A stretch of DNA of 64,000 nt from assembly GCA_951406725.2 (NCBI GenBank), contig OX597830.1, forward strand, positions 48,732,001 through 48,796,000. Reading direction: 5' to 3'. The translations under genes were made by a program, and so were the position numbers. This document shows, in pieces, positions 49,749 through 63,400 of this stretch. The notes beneath the pieces were generated by a model, which was not told the origin of the DNA, ran no database searches, and was given only the letters and a program-made list of their open reading frames with translations. The stretch comes from Octopus vulgaris (taxonomy: Eukaryota). Every line of letters begins with the position of its first letter. The first letter of the stretch is position 1.

Positions 49749-50199
49749 GGACAGGAGGGTGTGCAGTTAGGGAATTTCCGAATATTGGACTATCAACATA
49801 GTCGGGTTTCCGGTCAAAGCTGGAAATCTTCAGGTGTAGAAAATCCAAGTTTCACGACGATTATACTGTAAAATGGGTTAGACGAAGTGTAAATGATCCA
49901 ATAAGAAGGAGAAGAAGAAGAAGAAGAAAATTCTTTAACATATCTTTATGTATGTATGTATGTACGTACGAACTCTCCCTCGTTTTCGACGTATGGGGAT
50001 CCGACAACTTACACTCTCTTTGACAGTCACAATGCTTATGTCGATTGGGACACCTGCGTCTCGCCAACGACTTGCAAAGAAACCTTCAGATGTTGCAAGA
50101 ATGGAGATTCCAGGTGAGTACATGCGGTATATTTGTAGTCTTACACCCACTTAGTCTGCTAATGCTGATTGAAACAAAGCCTCTTATACCATTTGACAC

Positions 50200-50470
50200 G
50201 ACGATCTCCATTTTGTTCGCTCCAACGCTGCTTACTCAAAAATGTTGTGACCTTTATTGACCGCTGAGAGGTTACCCTTCAGCTTGTCCTTATATCTGAG
50301 CCATGGTCGGCCAACATTCCTGTGCCCACCATCAAACTGGTTGTACATGAGAACTTTGGGTTTTATTTCGTCACTCATTCTGAATACATAGTTCCAACAC
50401 AATTGCGATTACATAAAGAAGCTTTCGATTCCACTTATCTTGCAATTTCTTGCACTTGCTAAACAAGTCG
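50200..50470 (-). mobile_element. RTE (BovB-like) LINE C-terminal fragment
   Basis: VFRMSDEIKPKVLMYNQFDGGHRNVGRPWLRYKDKLKGNL. Confidence 0.7.
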
Positions 50471-51059
50471 ACATTAGACACTCTGTCTTTTAGTGAATAA
50501 CCACAATGTTGTCCTGAGACAGCCTTGTGGAAGACATCTAGTTGATTAATGTGCTACCTGTAGGGTCTCCACGATTCCGAGAGTAGTAAGAATGGCAGCT
50601 TTATAGACTTCGGAGCATTTTGTACAATGACCTAGGAGCATTTTGTTCGTTGGGCCTTTGTCACAAGGTCTGGCATAGAGTATTTGCAATACAAGTTGGT
50701 AACACAACTACCTTCAATAAATTCACTTTATACCCGATCTCCTCCTTTATACTCCTCTATTTACTTCCCATCATTGTCTTCTAACACCTTACCAATGAAA
50801 ACTACAGTTTACAATTCTTGTATTGACCATAATGCATTGCTGTTTTTAACGCCTTATTGAATATGTAAAGCACTTCAAAATGAGAAATGTGCTTCATCGA
50901 AGCATGTCCTCTTCCTTATGACTGTTTACATGGTAACTTCCGTCCATCCATGGAAATACAAGTATACCTCAACATACGCCGGTTCCAAAACATACGACTT
51001 AGATAAAAAAAAACAAAAAAAAAACGACGGAACACGAAAATAAAAACATGAAAAACAAC

Positions 51060-52490
51060 TACGGACAATTAGGTCGTCTGCATTTTTTAACTGTTGCTAT
51101 CGTATTATGTATTGAGTATAGTTTTGCATTTGTTAGGAGTCTCTTGATTGATTTGTGTCGTCCGTTACATTTGAGGAGTTTGTGTGTATTTAGGATGTTG
51201 TTCATTTTCGGGTCCTGGGTGGGCAGAGGGAGATTCTGTATAATTGTGTTGTATGCTTCATTGTTTCTGGGGTTGTGGGTTGATATGCATGGGAGTGAAA
51301 TGGGAGCTGTCTCTTGCTATATTCCATTGTAAATTGAATATTGGAGCTTATATTGTTCAGTGTGGATTTGAAATCCAGGAGTTTATCATAGGTTTCATCC
51401 CACTTAATAAAACAATCGTCTATGTACCTTTTCTAGTTTTCTCTTATACACTGGTGGAATGGGGGTCCAAATTTTTGGAGATCATATAGGGTAGATTCAA
51501 AGAAACCCATTATTAGGTTCGCAAAGGCAGGCGCTACATTCGTTCCCATCGCAATACCGTATTTTCGGCGGTAGTGGAGGCGCAATGGCCAAGTGGTTAG
51601 AGCAGCGGACTCGCGGTCGTAGGATCGCGGTTTCGATTCCCAGACCGGGCGTTGTGAGTGTTTATTGAGCGAAAACACCTAAAGCTCCACGAGGCTCCGG
51701 CAGGGATGGTGGTGATCCCTGCTGTACTCTTTCACCACAACTTTCTCTCACTCTTACTTCCTGTTTCTGTTGTACCTGTATTTCAAAGGGCCGGCCTTGT
51801 CACTCTCTGTGTCACGCTGAATATCCCCGAGAACTACGTTAAGGGTATACGTGTCTGTGGAGTGCTCAGCCACTTACACGTTAATTTCACGAGCAGGCTG
51901 TTCCGTTGATCGGATCAACCGGAACCCTCGTCGTCGGAACCGACGGAGTGCTTCCATTTTGGCGGTAGTATGTTGCATCGAATAGGAAGTAATTGTTTTG
52001 TAGGATGAACTGCAGGGATTCAATGACAAAAGTCTGGTTTATGCGGTTCGGCGGGTATTTTTCTAGCCAGAATTGTATTGCCTCTATTCCGTAGTCATGT
52101 GAAATGTTAGTGTAGAGGTTGATGACATCGAAGGAAACTAATAGAGCTTCTTCATTGGTGGTTTTTGGTAGATGCTCTAACATGTTCAGATTGTCTCAAA
52201 TAAAACTTTTAATGTATCTGAGGAAAAGTTTCAATAGTATGTCCAGAAAGTGGCTTAGGCGGTGTGTTTCACAGGCTGGGCCCTCTATAATCGGCCTTAA
52301 TTTTAAGTCTTCTGGTGTTGGGATATTTATGTATAGAGCTGGATTTGATTTGCCGGCATTAGTAATTATTTGATTCTTGTGGATTTGGGGGAGGTCATAG
52401 AAAAGGCTTGGTTTACATTTGAAGTTTGTGATGTAGTCTTTTTTCTTTTTCTGTGAGGCCTTTTCTATGTTTGAGTATTAAAGATGCAAG
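51060..52490 (-). mobile_element. Decayed Penelope-like retroelement RT, interrupted by a SINE
   Basis: FYDLPQIHK, LRPIIEGP, LVSFDVINLYTNI, ILQNNYFLF..YYRQ and GIAMGTNVAPAFANLIMG are typical PLE RT motifs. Confidence 0.88.
51576..51953 (+). mobile_element. tRNA-derived SINE (family D) inserted in the Penelope RT
   Basis: A box TGGCCAAGTGG, B box GGTTTCGATTCC; flanking ~14-15 bp direct repeat ATTTT(C)GGCGGTAGT. Confidence 0.85.
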
Positions 52491-52529
52491 ATCTTTTAAT
52501 GTTTTTTGCTGCCTACAATTTGCAATTTT

Positions 52530-52656
<127 letters not shown>

Positions 52657-52769
52657 GAACCTTCGGTATATGTACCGGATGCATTTCAAAAAAGTGTTTT
52701 TTTTTATATATGGGTGGGGGTTAGGGTTAGGGTTTTTGTTAGGTTAGGGGTGGGAGAAAACGGTTTCTG

Positions 52770-52818
<49 letters not shown>

Positions 52819-53288
52819 GTGTATGTGTTTATTCCCCAACGCTGGTGGGGTACAGACCGGTGTTGGTGTGTTTATGTCCCCATAACTTAGCGGTTCGACA
52901 AAAGGAATCGATGGAATAAGTAGCAGGCTAAAAAAAAACAAACAAAAAAAAAGCAAAAAGCATTGGGATCGATTCATTCGATTAAAAATTCTTCAAGGCC
53001 GTGCCCCCCCCCCCCCAGCATGATCGCTGTCACATGACTGAAACAAGTAAAAGAAGAAAACATGTTTTTAGTAAATGGTTTGTACATATTTCCACATGTA
53101 TTTCACATGAATTTTCCTCTGCAGAATTTAATTTTAGATGTTTCTTTTTAATGTTAATGCTTTTAAGAGTGTTTGCTATGACCAACGTAAAGTCGGATAA
53201 ATTGACTTTGGTTGAGGCTTATTATTTCTCATAAAAATCTAAGAGAAAAAAAAGAAAGAAAGAAAAGCAATCAAGACGTACCAATCAA

Positions 53289-53459
53289 GGCGCAGCAGTG
53301 GCTGTGTGGTAAGTAGCTTGCTAACCAACCACATGGTTCCGGGTTCAGTCCCACTGCGTGGCACCTTGGGCGAGTGTCTTCTGCTATAGCCCCGGGCCGA
53401 CCAATGCCTTGTGAGTGGATTTGGTAGACGGAAACTGAAAGAAGCCTGTCGTATATATG

Positions 53460-53490
<31 letters not shown>

Positions 53491-53707
53491 ATGTGTTTGT
53501 GTGTCTGTCTCCCTAGCATTGCTTGACAACCGATGTTGGTGTGTTTACGTCCCCGTTACTTAGCGGTTCGGCAAAAAGAGACCGATAGAATAAGTACTGG
53601 GCTTACAAAGAATAAGTCCCGGGGTCGATTTTCTCGACTAAAGGCGGTGCTCCAGCATGGCCGCAGTCAAATGACTGAAACAACTAAAAGAGTAAAAGAG
53701 AGAGAGA
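53289..53707 (+). mobile_element. SINE family A, full copy with target-site duplication
   Basis: Near-identical to 19176-19574; AAGACGTACC occurs on both flanks. Confidence 0.85.
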
Positions 53708-54578
53708 GTAAGACGTACCCCAAAACAAAATAAATCGAAGTATGCCTGTCTACCATACGATATTGTACGGACAAAGCATTGCTAGCCATGTTTGACAGCA
53801 CTGCCTTAAATCATACTTTTAAAAATCCGTGACGTATCTGAACACCCCTTACAGTCACTTGTTAAATAATTATTGCAGCAGGGTAGAGACCTATTATTAA
53901 TGTAGGCTTTCTGTGAACTAGAAAACCGAATTCCTGAGGTTTATTATCGTATGTAAGTAAATGGGTGGGAAAGAATAGGAGAAAGAAAGTGAGAGAGTAA
54001 GAGAATGAGGTAGAGTAGGGGGGAAAAGTCTGGGAAATTTTTTTTATTAAAGGGAGGATATTCGGAACAGATTGGCAGATAGATAGATAGATAGAGTGAA
54101 AGAGAGAAAAAAGAAAAAGAGAGAGAGCAGAACCAAGCAAAGCAGATATTTCGAGGTGTAAAGAAGCATTTCTAAACAACAGAGAGACTGTTAGTACCAT
54201 ATAAATAGAGGCGATGTAAAACAAATATATTTGATAAAAGAGCAATGAAAATGGCACAAAATAGACATTGAATTTGGCCAAATAACCAACGGAATCGTTA
54301 TAATGTATATTATAATAGGATTTTTGATGGAATTTATTGGAAACTAAAGAAACAGATAAACAATCACAGAGTAGATTTTATACACACACACATATACATG
54401 TATATATATATATATATTATTATGATAACCAACAAGTTGTCACATATATCTATAGATAAATTCCTCTATTTTACATAATATCGAGGTCTCATTCATTCTT
54501 TTGTCATATTATTACTTATTATATTATTTATTTATCATTCATTTTATACTTTTTGAGATCTAGTTATAAGTTATATAT

Positions 54579-54617
<39 letters not shown>

Positions 54618-54686
54618 TATTTGTTATTTATGTATTGGTTTATGTCTATCACTGTTTGAGTTGCATAATAGTGGTTTTATCTCTAA

Positions 54687-54738
<52 letters not shown>

Positions 54739-54809
54739 CATACATATATATAGAGGGAGAGGAGATATATATAGACGCACGCACACAGACACACCTACAC
54801 AGTTCTGAA

Positions 54810-54913
54810 GCGAACAAGTGCGACGTGTTCGGTCTGGAACCCGGTCGCATGCAGAACCGGAAGTTGACGTAGCGTTACTGTTAAGCGGAAGTACACGTAG
54901 CTATACCGGGCAC
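54810..54913 (+). promoter_or_regulatory. Putative SLC35B1 proximal promoter/5' UTR with ETS and ACGT-core (CRE/UPRE-like) motifs
   Basis: CpG-dense patch with CCGGAAGT (54857-54864) abutting TGACGTAG (54865-54872), GCGGAAGT (54885-54892), GACGTG (54822-54827) and ACACGTAG (54893-54900). Confidence 0.6.
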
Positions 54914-55092
54914 ATGTCACAATCACAGAGCGAAGCGAAATTGGATTTCAAAGATTCTTCGGCCTCATCTCAGCAGGTTGCTCTGATCATAGAAAGGAAC
55001 GATATGGCGACAGAGAATAGACGGATGCTGTTTATTTGCAGCCTGGGCATCTTGGTGTGTTATTTCTTCTACGGTATTTTACAGGAGAAGAT
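54914..55092 (+). CDS. SLC35B1: SLC35B1 coding exon 1 (start at ATG 54914 or in-frame ATG 55004)
   Basis: ...CSLGILVCYFFYGILQEKI, donor AT|gtaagt; start codon choice uncertain. Confidence 0.88.
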
Positions 55093-56199
55093 GTAAGTAT
55101 GACAGATGCCTTCTTTGTTATAAATCAACAATAAACAAACAAGCGTCACTTTTAAAGAACTTTCTGTTTGGCGATGAGGAAATACCTTTTAGAGACACAT
55201 AAACTTTTTTTATTACTGCGAAATCGTTTTGTGTTATTTTCATCTGTTAAATATATTGTATTTGTGGCGGTGGTTAGGAGTAATTTCAACTTTCTCACAT
55301 ATAAACTTTTTTCCTGCTAAATAATTTTTTACTTCTATCTTTATACCTGTTCTATTTGTGACGGTAGCAAAGAATATTCGCGGAATTCTGAAGAAAGCAT
55401 AAATACATACCCAAGTGACTAAGAAACGAGGAAGCTACCAGCTGGTTGTGAGATGTGCTAAATACAACAGCTAAATCGCCTTTAAATCACACGCAAAATT
55501 GCTTTTGCTTAATCGTGTGAATTCCCGTGTGCAGAACATATTCGCAAAAATTTTCTGAAAATTTCAGAAGATAAAAAGTTATATAGGGTGTTTAAACCAG
55601 AATTTTGCCGGAGTATTTTGAACTTTGTCGCCTACCTTATTCTGTGAAGTGTTGTACTAACAGCGTTTATTACGGCTGTAAACTCAAAACATTAAAACCT
55701 ATGATTCTTTAGATACAAATCGACGTTTAGTATCCAAGTTCTTCACTTTGCTTGGTTGAATTTATTTTGAAATATCTCAAACATACAAGAACACGTTAAT
55801 AAGATCGGTTTGAGTTCCTGGTGCCTCAATTCTCAAGTAATTTGTGTTAAACAAAAGTTATGAGGTAAACAATGACTGATCAAACAGAATTGTTGAAAAT
55901 AATGATAGTCGGCGGGACCGTATTGTACAAGAGAGCCCTTACACGATACAAACAAAAACATCATTCAATTTTCTAAATAAACGATGATTCGAAAATTAAG
56001 TCTAATCATGTTATAGTATAGAATATATAATTAGCGATGGTAATGTTTTATCCAATACTTTATGAACCGAAGCAAGACATCCTGGTTTTAAATTTCTGTT
56101 GTGCATTATATATTTTATTTGAATTTACCATCATAATGTAAAGAATCGCCGGTATCGGCCTGCGAGTTCTTGGTTCGTGTATTCACACCTACTGTGTTA

Positions 56200-56440
56200 T
56201 TATAATAGTGAAATTATTGTATACAGTGCTCAGGTGCACCACAACTTGTCAAAAAGTGCGTATAAAGTAAATGCAGTAATGTAAAATTGTCTGGAAAGCG
56301 AACACTGTATGAGTCAGATACATGCCTGTGTTTGTATGGAGGGGAGAAAATCAGGTGTAGTGTTGGCGAATCTCAGAAAGCATGGAAGTTTTGAAGGATG
56401 CAGTGCTCCGACAACTAACAACTGATGCCGGCAGTTTGTT
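56200..56440 (-). mobile_element. CR1/L2-like LINE 3' end with (ATT)n tail
   Basis: NKLPASVVSCRSTASFK...stop, then a 3' UTR; the terminal ~42 nt recur at 59100-59142. Confidence 0.6.
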
Positions 56441-56691
56441 TCTATCAGTCTCTGTGTATGACCATTCTTTATTGTTTGAACTAAGCTTACCTGTCTCAGG
56501 TTTACTTAATTCTCCAGTCTTCCGGGAATGGCCTGTAATAAACTTTCTACCCTTGACAAATTTTGTTTCTTATTTTCTGTTTAACTCTTTCCACCCGTCT
56601 CTTTTTGGTTCTCACTTGTCTCCTCTCCAATCCAGTATCTTTTTAAAACCTTGGAACAATAACATGTTTTTCAAAGAAAATATCAGTAGGA

Positions 56692-57086
56692 GGCGCAGGA
56701 GTGGCTGTGTGGTAAGTAGCTTGCTTACCAACCACATGGTTGCGGGTTCAGTCCCACTGCGTGGCATCTTGGGCAAGTGTCTTCTGCTGTAGCCCCGGGC
56801 CGCCGACCAATGCCTTGTGAGTGGATTTGGTAGACGGAAACTGAAAGAAGCCTGTCGTATATATGTATATATATATGTGTGTGTGTCTGTGTTTCTCCCC
56901 CTAGCATTGCTTGACAACCGATGCTGGTGTGTTTACGTCCCCGTCACTTAGCGGTTCGGCAAAAGAGACCGATAGAATAAGTACTGGGCTTACAAAGAAT
57001 AAGTCCCGGGGTCGATTTTCTCGACTAAAGGCGGTGCTCCAGCATGGCCGCAGTCAAATGACTGAAACAGATAAAAGAGTAAAGAG
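56692..57086 (+). mobile_element. SINE family A, full copy in SLC35B1 intron 1
   Basis: Near-identical to 53289-53707. Confidence 0.85.
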
Positions 57087-57422
57087 TATATATTTTGATT
57101 ATATTTGTTACAAAACTCAACTGTAACAGAGCTAAATATCCTGTTTTTAATGAAATTCTTTAGTTTTCACCATTATTATGATCATCATTAATTTTGCACA
57201 AACTTGTAAATGTGCTACTTCTCTAAATTCTAGTTTTAACTCCGAATCAAGACCAAATATATTTTAATGTATAAAGTTTAGTGGTTTTTTTCCCCCACAG
57301 TTTGATAGGAGAATGAGATGAGGAGAAAATTCCAGAAAGTTGCAGTGGTTGTCTGTGTAAGAGTATACATGTTTACACACTTTTATAACGTTTCTGTCTT
57401 TATTTCGGCCCAATTTTTGTAG

Positions 57423-57526
57423 AACAAAGGGTAAATATGGAGAAGGTGAGAACCAAGAGAAGTTTACCTATACTTTAGCTTTGGTTTTTATCCAGTGCAT
57501 CATCAATATGGCTGCTTCCAAGTTGT
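57423..57526 (+). CDS. SLC35B1: SLC35B1 coding exon 2 ([34 protein letters not shown])
   Basis: Acceptor ttttgtag|, donor T|gtaagt; 104 nt. Confidence 0.93.
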
Positions 57527-58762
57527 GTAAGTATAGTTACTTATTAAATCAATTTTATGTTGACATGCATTTCAGATTTCAGTTATTAGAGGAAAAGGGT
57601 ATGGTAGAAACACTGCCAGATCAGACTGGAGCCTGGTGCAGCCTCCTGGCTTCCCAGACCCTGGTCGAACCGTCCAACCCATGCTAGCACAGAAAACGGA
57701 CATTAACCGATGATGATGATGATGAAATGATGCAGGTCAATAAAATATTTGGAAACTCAATAATAATTTCCATGTGGTCATTTTGTGTGATGAGTGGTCA
57801 AATGAAAGAAAAGGTACACAACTCATTTAGCAGGTGTTACATAAATTGTCATTATGTGAGGCCCTATGTGACTTAAAGTTACACAAGTTTCTTACAGAAA
57901 CCTTTCTTGTTCAAGCTTAGTATAAGGAATTTATAATCTGAATAAGCTAAGTTTCTGTAAGAAGCATGTGAAGTTTTAAGTTCCATGGAGCTGAATCAGA
58001 ATGGCCGTGTGGACTCCGGTGAGGAACATGGTGTAGAAAAGAGAAATACCAGAGATGAAATAAGTGTGGAAACGTTAAGCTGATTTAGTCTAAACTCATC
58101 AAAAACATGTAAATATATATCTAATGTGTTATTTTTGTAATCATCATCGTTTAACGTCCGTTTCCATGCTAGTATGGGTTGGACAGTTTGACCGGGGTCT
58201 GGGAAGCCAGAAGGCTGAACCAGGCTCCAGTCTGATCTGGCAGAGTTTCTACAGCTTGATGCCCTCCCTAATGCCAACCACTCTGTGAGTGTAGTGGGTG
58301 CTTTTTACATGCCACCGGCACAGTTGCCAGGGGAGGCTACCAATGGCCACGATCGGTTGGTGCTTTTTATGGGCCACCGGCACGGAAGCCAATCAAGGCG
58401 GTGCTGACATTGGCCATGTTCAGATGGTGTTTTTTACATGCCACCGGCAATGCGACCACAATTACAATTTCCATTGATTTTGATGTTGATGTACTTGACT
58501 CAATAGGTCTCCTCAAGCACAGGGTCGAAATGGTGTTTCTTTACTAGCCACCTGCACAGGAGTCAGTCCAGCGGCACTGGCACTACCGGGTGCCAGTCAT
58601 TGAATTTGGTTCAATTTCGATGACTTTCAAAAATCATTTCCAAGGTCTAAATCCTTAGAAAATTAATTAAAACTGATATACGCTCTTTCTCTGTCGTAGT
58701 TTGAAGGGCTGAAGGAAAGCTCAATAATTTCTATTGTGTCATCTCTCACTTTTCCCTTGCAG

Positions 58763-58890
58763 CCATGTCAGTGTTCCATTCTCCAAAAGACTCCACACCA
58801 AAGATTTTGTATGCTCTCTGCTCTCTCACTTATCTCTTGGCAATGTTAGCAAGTAACCATTCTTTACAACACGTCAATTATCCAACACAG
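58763..58890 (+). CDS. SLC35B1: SLC35B1 coding exon 3 (MSVFHSPKDSTPKILYALCSLTYLLAMLASNHSLQHVNYPTQ)
   Basis: Acceptor cccttgcag|, donor CAG|gtaagc; conserved SN.SLQ.VNYPTQ; 128 nt. Confidence 0.93.
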
Positions 58891-58929
58891 GTAAGCAATG
58901 TTTTATCCCTTTCCCCACTCCATATCTAA

Positions 58930-58965
<36 letters not shown>

Positions 58966-59461
58966 TATTCAGATAAAGAGTAATGTGTGTGTGTATCTTT
59001 TACTTATTTCAGTCATTGGACTGTAGCCATGCTGGAGCACTGCTTTGAAGGGTTTGGTTGAGCAAATAATGTCCAGTATTTATTTTTTTGTCTTGACATA
59101 ATAATGAAATTATTGTATACAGTGCTCAGGTGCACCACAACTAAGCGAGCAGGCCAGCCAGTTTGAATATAAAGCGTAGAATATCTGGTCCAGATATTGC
59201 CGGTTTGAACACTAAAGGGTTTAAGACAGTAGAGTTTATATGTCTGCTGTTTTTAGAATAGGCATAATGGAAGAGACGGATGGCATCCAGCTGTCTAATG
59301 CTATCAAAAAAGGAAAAAAAAAAAACGTTCCATCCAACTCATACCAGCATGGAGAAGTGGATGTTAAACAGAAGTGATGGTCTCAAGTTGATTAGGTATC
59401 AGAACAATTACATTTTAAATTTATTATATTTTGAAGATTTCGATTTTTTTTGTTTTGCCAG

Positions 59462-59650
59462 GTCCTTGGGAAGTCTGTGAAACCAATTCCAGTTATGATT
59501 CTTGGTGTGCTGCTGGCCAGAAAGCGGTATCCAGCTGCTAAATACCTGTGTGTTTTACTCATTGTTACAGGCGTTGCATTGTTTCTGTACAAAGACGGTA
59601 AAGCCAAAGACTCGAAACCCCATACGTTTGGAATGGGTGAGATTCTACTT
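59462..59650 (+). CDS. SLC35B1: SLC35B1 coding exon 4 ([63 protein letters not shown])
   Basis: Acceptor ttttgccag|, donor CTT|gtaagt; 189 nt; overlaps ORF 59450..59665. Confidence 0.95.
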
Positions 59651-60282
59651 GTAAGTATACAGTGACAACTGTTAAATATGATATGTGGTTGCTGAATGGT
59701 TTTTAATGCTCGACTGGGAGTATTTGAATTATCAGTTCAAATCCAGGCCAGTGCATTTATAATTTTTTTTAATTAAAAAATAAATAGCTACATGAAAAAC
59801 ACAAATATACAAGGTTAATAAGTGCTGTTTGAGATTGCTCTGGCAACATTTACTGACCCAATATCTTGATAAAGGTTATGCCTATTTCGTTTTAGTATTT
59901 GGTTTGAAAGATTCTTGCTGTGAATTGGTGTGTTGAAACAAATTTTGTTGTGTCTAGGGAGAATCATTACGCCAGTATTAATAACGCATGCTGCATAGGT
60001 TCAATTCTACTCCTACATTGTTAGTCAATTAGTTAAATATCTATCCAACTATCTAATTGACTGTTTAACCAACAAGTTAAAGATACGATCAAAGGAGTGG
60101 AACTGAACCTGTGTGTGTGTGTTAATATTGGCACAATGACCCTCCCTGTAGACAACAAGAAAAGTTATGTTTTTATTGGTAATCTGTTTGTGTCTTTACA
60201 GAGGTGATTGTGGATCAATCCAATTACTCTAATAACGACATGGACATATTTGTTAATTACCATAATGTTTTTTGCTCATTAA

Positions 60283-60491
60283 CCCTTTTGTTACCAATCC
60301 GGCTGAAACCATCCCTGGCTCTGAGTACAAATGTCTTGTTTCATAAGTTTTGAATTAAAATCTTCCACCAAACCTTAGTCACAATTTATGTTCCTAACAC
60401 TAACTGAATGATAACTGAGTTATCTTACTAAATTCTTTGAGTAATTGAAAGAAACGCAGAGCCTCTCAAAATAAATACAGTAACGAAAGGG
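60283..60491. mobile_element. piggyBac-like MITE (second family)
   Basis: TTAA|CCCTTTTGTTAC...GTAACGAAAGGG|TTAA; homologous copy at 8923-9142. Confidence 0.78.
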
Positions 60492-63400
60492 TTAAATGGT
60501 TTGATTGATGTAATTCATTAGAAACTTAGCAAAAGAGTTATTGTAATATATGAATGTAATCATCATTATTGTTATTTGCTAAGGCGGTGAGCTGGCAGAA
60601 TTAATACACCAGGCAAAATGCATAGCGACATTTTGTCCATCTTTATGTTTTCAAATTCTGCTGGGTTCAAGTTTATCTTTCATTCTTTAGAGGGAAGGGC
60701 GGGTTGATAAAATAAGTACCAGTTGAGCACTAGCGGGTAATGTAATTGACTTACCCATTCCTTCGAAATTACTGGCCTTGTGAAAACATTATTATCATGT
60801 TCTCCTTACCAGAAAAATGGCAACTTATAGTCAAAATCCTGTCTAGTATTTGATATCAGGACATTTTACCTTTCCATGCTGGCTGGCTTGGAGTTGGTTG
60901 TTATCTGGAGGTGCTGTCAACCTAAAAGATAAGAGATGGACTACATCTTCCTGTTTCAGTATTGTTGTGTTATGAATGAGTAGTATTAGTGCGTCAGACA
61001 TGATTAGTGGCACTTCATCCGATGCGTTGCATTCAAAGTTTGAATCCCACCTAAGTCAGCTTTGTCAATCTTTTGGTGTTGATAAAATAAAGTACCTTTT
61101 GAGCACTGGGTTCATTTAATTGACTAAACCTCTGCCTCCAAATTGCCGGCTTTGGGCCAAAATTTGAAAGTACTTATTTCTTTACTACCCACAAGAGGCT
61201 AAACACAGAGGGGACAAACAAGGACAGACAAACGGATTAAGTCGATTATATTGACCTCAGTACGTAACTGGTACTTATTTAATCGACCCCCGAAAGGATG
61301 AAAATTTGAAAGTACTATACTTGTAGAGGGGTAGTCCATGACCATAGCTACAGTTGGTGGTAGAGGCAAAGCAGTGGCCATCGTAGCAAAGGTTAAGTCA
61401 CTTATCATGAGTGCAGTGGAGACAGAGAATATGATAGTGACCGTACTTATAGGGACGAAGTCAGTGACCGTACTTGTTGGTAAGGAGGGGGGAGGGGGGG
61501 CAAGGTAGTGAAGACAACATAATTGAAGAGGAAAAGCAGTGAGGCTGGAGGTAGCAAGAGATAGTGACTGGATTTTTTTTCTGTTTTTAAAGAAATATTG
61601 ATAACTAAGGGAGATAAGTAGAGTTATTGTTGTTTAGACTCCGGTTAGCCCTGATTGCACAGACTTATGACCAAAGGCATTCCAGCCATGACACTTCTGT
61701 CTTTTTACTTACTGTCTCGTATGTTTCTTTTTTTTTTTTTGTGACAATAGGGTGTAGTTTGAGGGAGATTGTGCTGCTATTTCTAGCACTGAAGCTTGTC
61801 AATTGCAGCCACTGTCACCGCCAACAAAGATAAAATTTTCCCTTGTGTGTGAGAAAAATATTTTTAAAGATTAATTCTTAATTTCTAGAAATTATCTCCC
61901 CTTCGTAAATTGCTGACAATGGCTGCTAGTCTTGCTTTCGTTCCCCAACTAAGAGGTAAATTCAATTATTTCCTTCTGTTCAGTAAATAAAAGCCTAGGG
62001 AATTTATTTCTAGCAAGCCATGTGGCTATGTAGTGGCTCATGATTTGTGGCAAATAGTTTTGGATGGTGGCGTTTATGGAGAGAAAAAATAGGCTAAACT
62101 GAAAGTCATGCCAACACTGCATCCCCCGGAAGTGGAATATCCCTTGTGTTCTTGAAAATATTCTGATTCTTTTTCTTGATAAAATAACTATTATTTTAAA
62201 CCTGTTAATCCAGTACTATACTAACTACCCTTAACTATGAAGTAGGTGGTGGGACCTGTGGTTTTCCAAGCAAACTGAGTCAAGCAGTGTTCCCATAAAT
62301 ATGAACTTTTGTAAATGCTTTGAAGTACCTATTTCTTTATTGCCAGCAAGGGGCTAAACACAGAGAGGACAAACAAGGACAGACAAATGGATTAAGTCGA
62401 TTACATCGACCCCAGTGCGTAGCTGGTACTTGATTTATCGTAACTGAAAGAATGAAAGGCAAAGTCAACCTCGGCGGAATTTGAACTCAGAACGTAACGG
62501 CAGATGAAATACCTATTTCTCTACTACCCACAAGGGGCTAAACATAGAGGGGACAAACGGATTAAGTCGATTATATTGACCCCAGTGCGTAGCTGGTACT
62601 TGATTTATCGAAACCGAAAGGATGACAGGCAAAGTTGACCTTGGCGGAATTTGAACTCAGAACGTAACGGCAGACGAAATACGGCTACGCATTTCGCCCG
62701 GCGTGCCAACGTTTCTGCCAACTCTCAAGTACCATTGCATAGCTCTGGCTTTATGTTAAGTAGAAATCTCCTCCCTGATAAGGCAATTAACCTCATGGCT
62801 GTCATCCTTTATTTGCTTCAGTTATTGAACTGTGGCCATGCTGAGGCACTTGCCTTGAACGGTTTAGTCAAACAAATTGACTCCAGCACATTTTTGATTT
62901 GAAGCCTGGCAGTTGTTCTGTTGGTTTCTTTTGTTGAATCACCATGTTATGGGGATGTAAACAAACCAACACAAGTTGTCAAGTGGTGCTGGGGAACAAA
63001 TACACACAGAGGCTTCTTTCAGTTTCCGTCAACCAAATCTACTCATGAGGCTCTGGTTGGCCTGAGACCTTAGTGGAAGACACTTACCCAAGGTGTCATA
63101 TAGTGGAACTGAACCTGGAACCATGGGGTTCTTAGTATTCAGGCATACTTGTATGTGGGTGTGTGACTATTATCTTCTATTTGTTTCAGTCATTTGACTG
63201 GCCATGCTGGGGCACTGCCTTGAAGGGTTTTAGTTGAACAAATCAACGCTGGGATTTATTTTTTAAGCATAGTATTTATTCTATTGGTCTATGTTGTCAA
63301 ATGGCTAAGTTAGGGAATCATAAACTCCCCAACACGAGTTGTCAAGTGGTGGTAGGGGACACACAGACACAATGACATGCATACACACACATGCATATAA

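Noticed and set aside
51576-51650. tRNA gene
   Set aside because: It has A/B boxes but no clean acceptor stem, and it continues into a SINE body with a TSD; it is a tRNA-derived SINE head.
52712-52750. Telomere or interstitial telomeric array (TTAGGG)
   Set aside because: Only 3-4 units inside a short fragment; more likely part of a DNA-transposon remnant.
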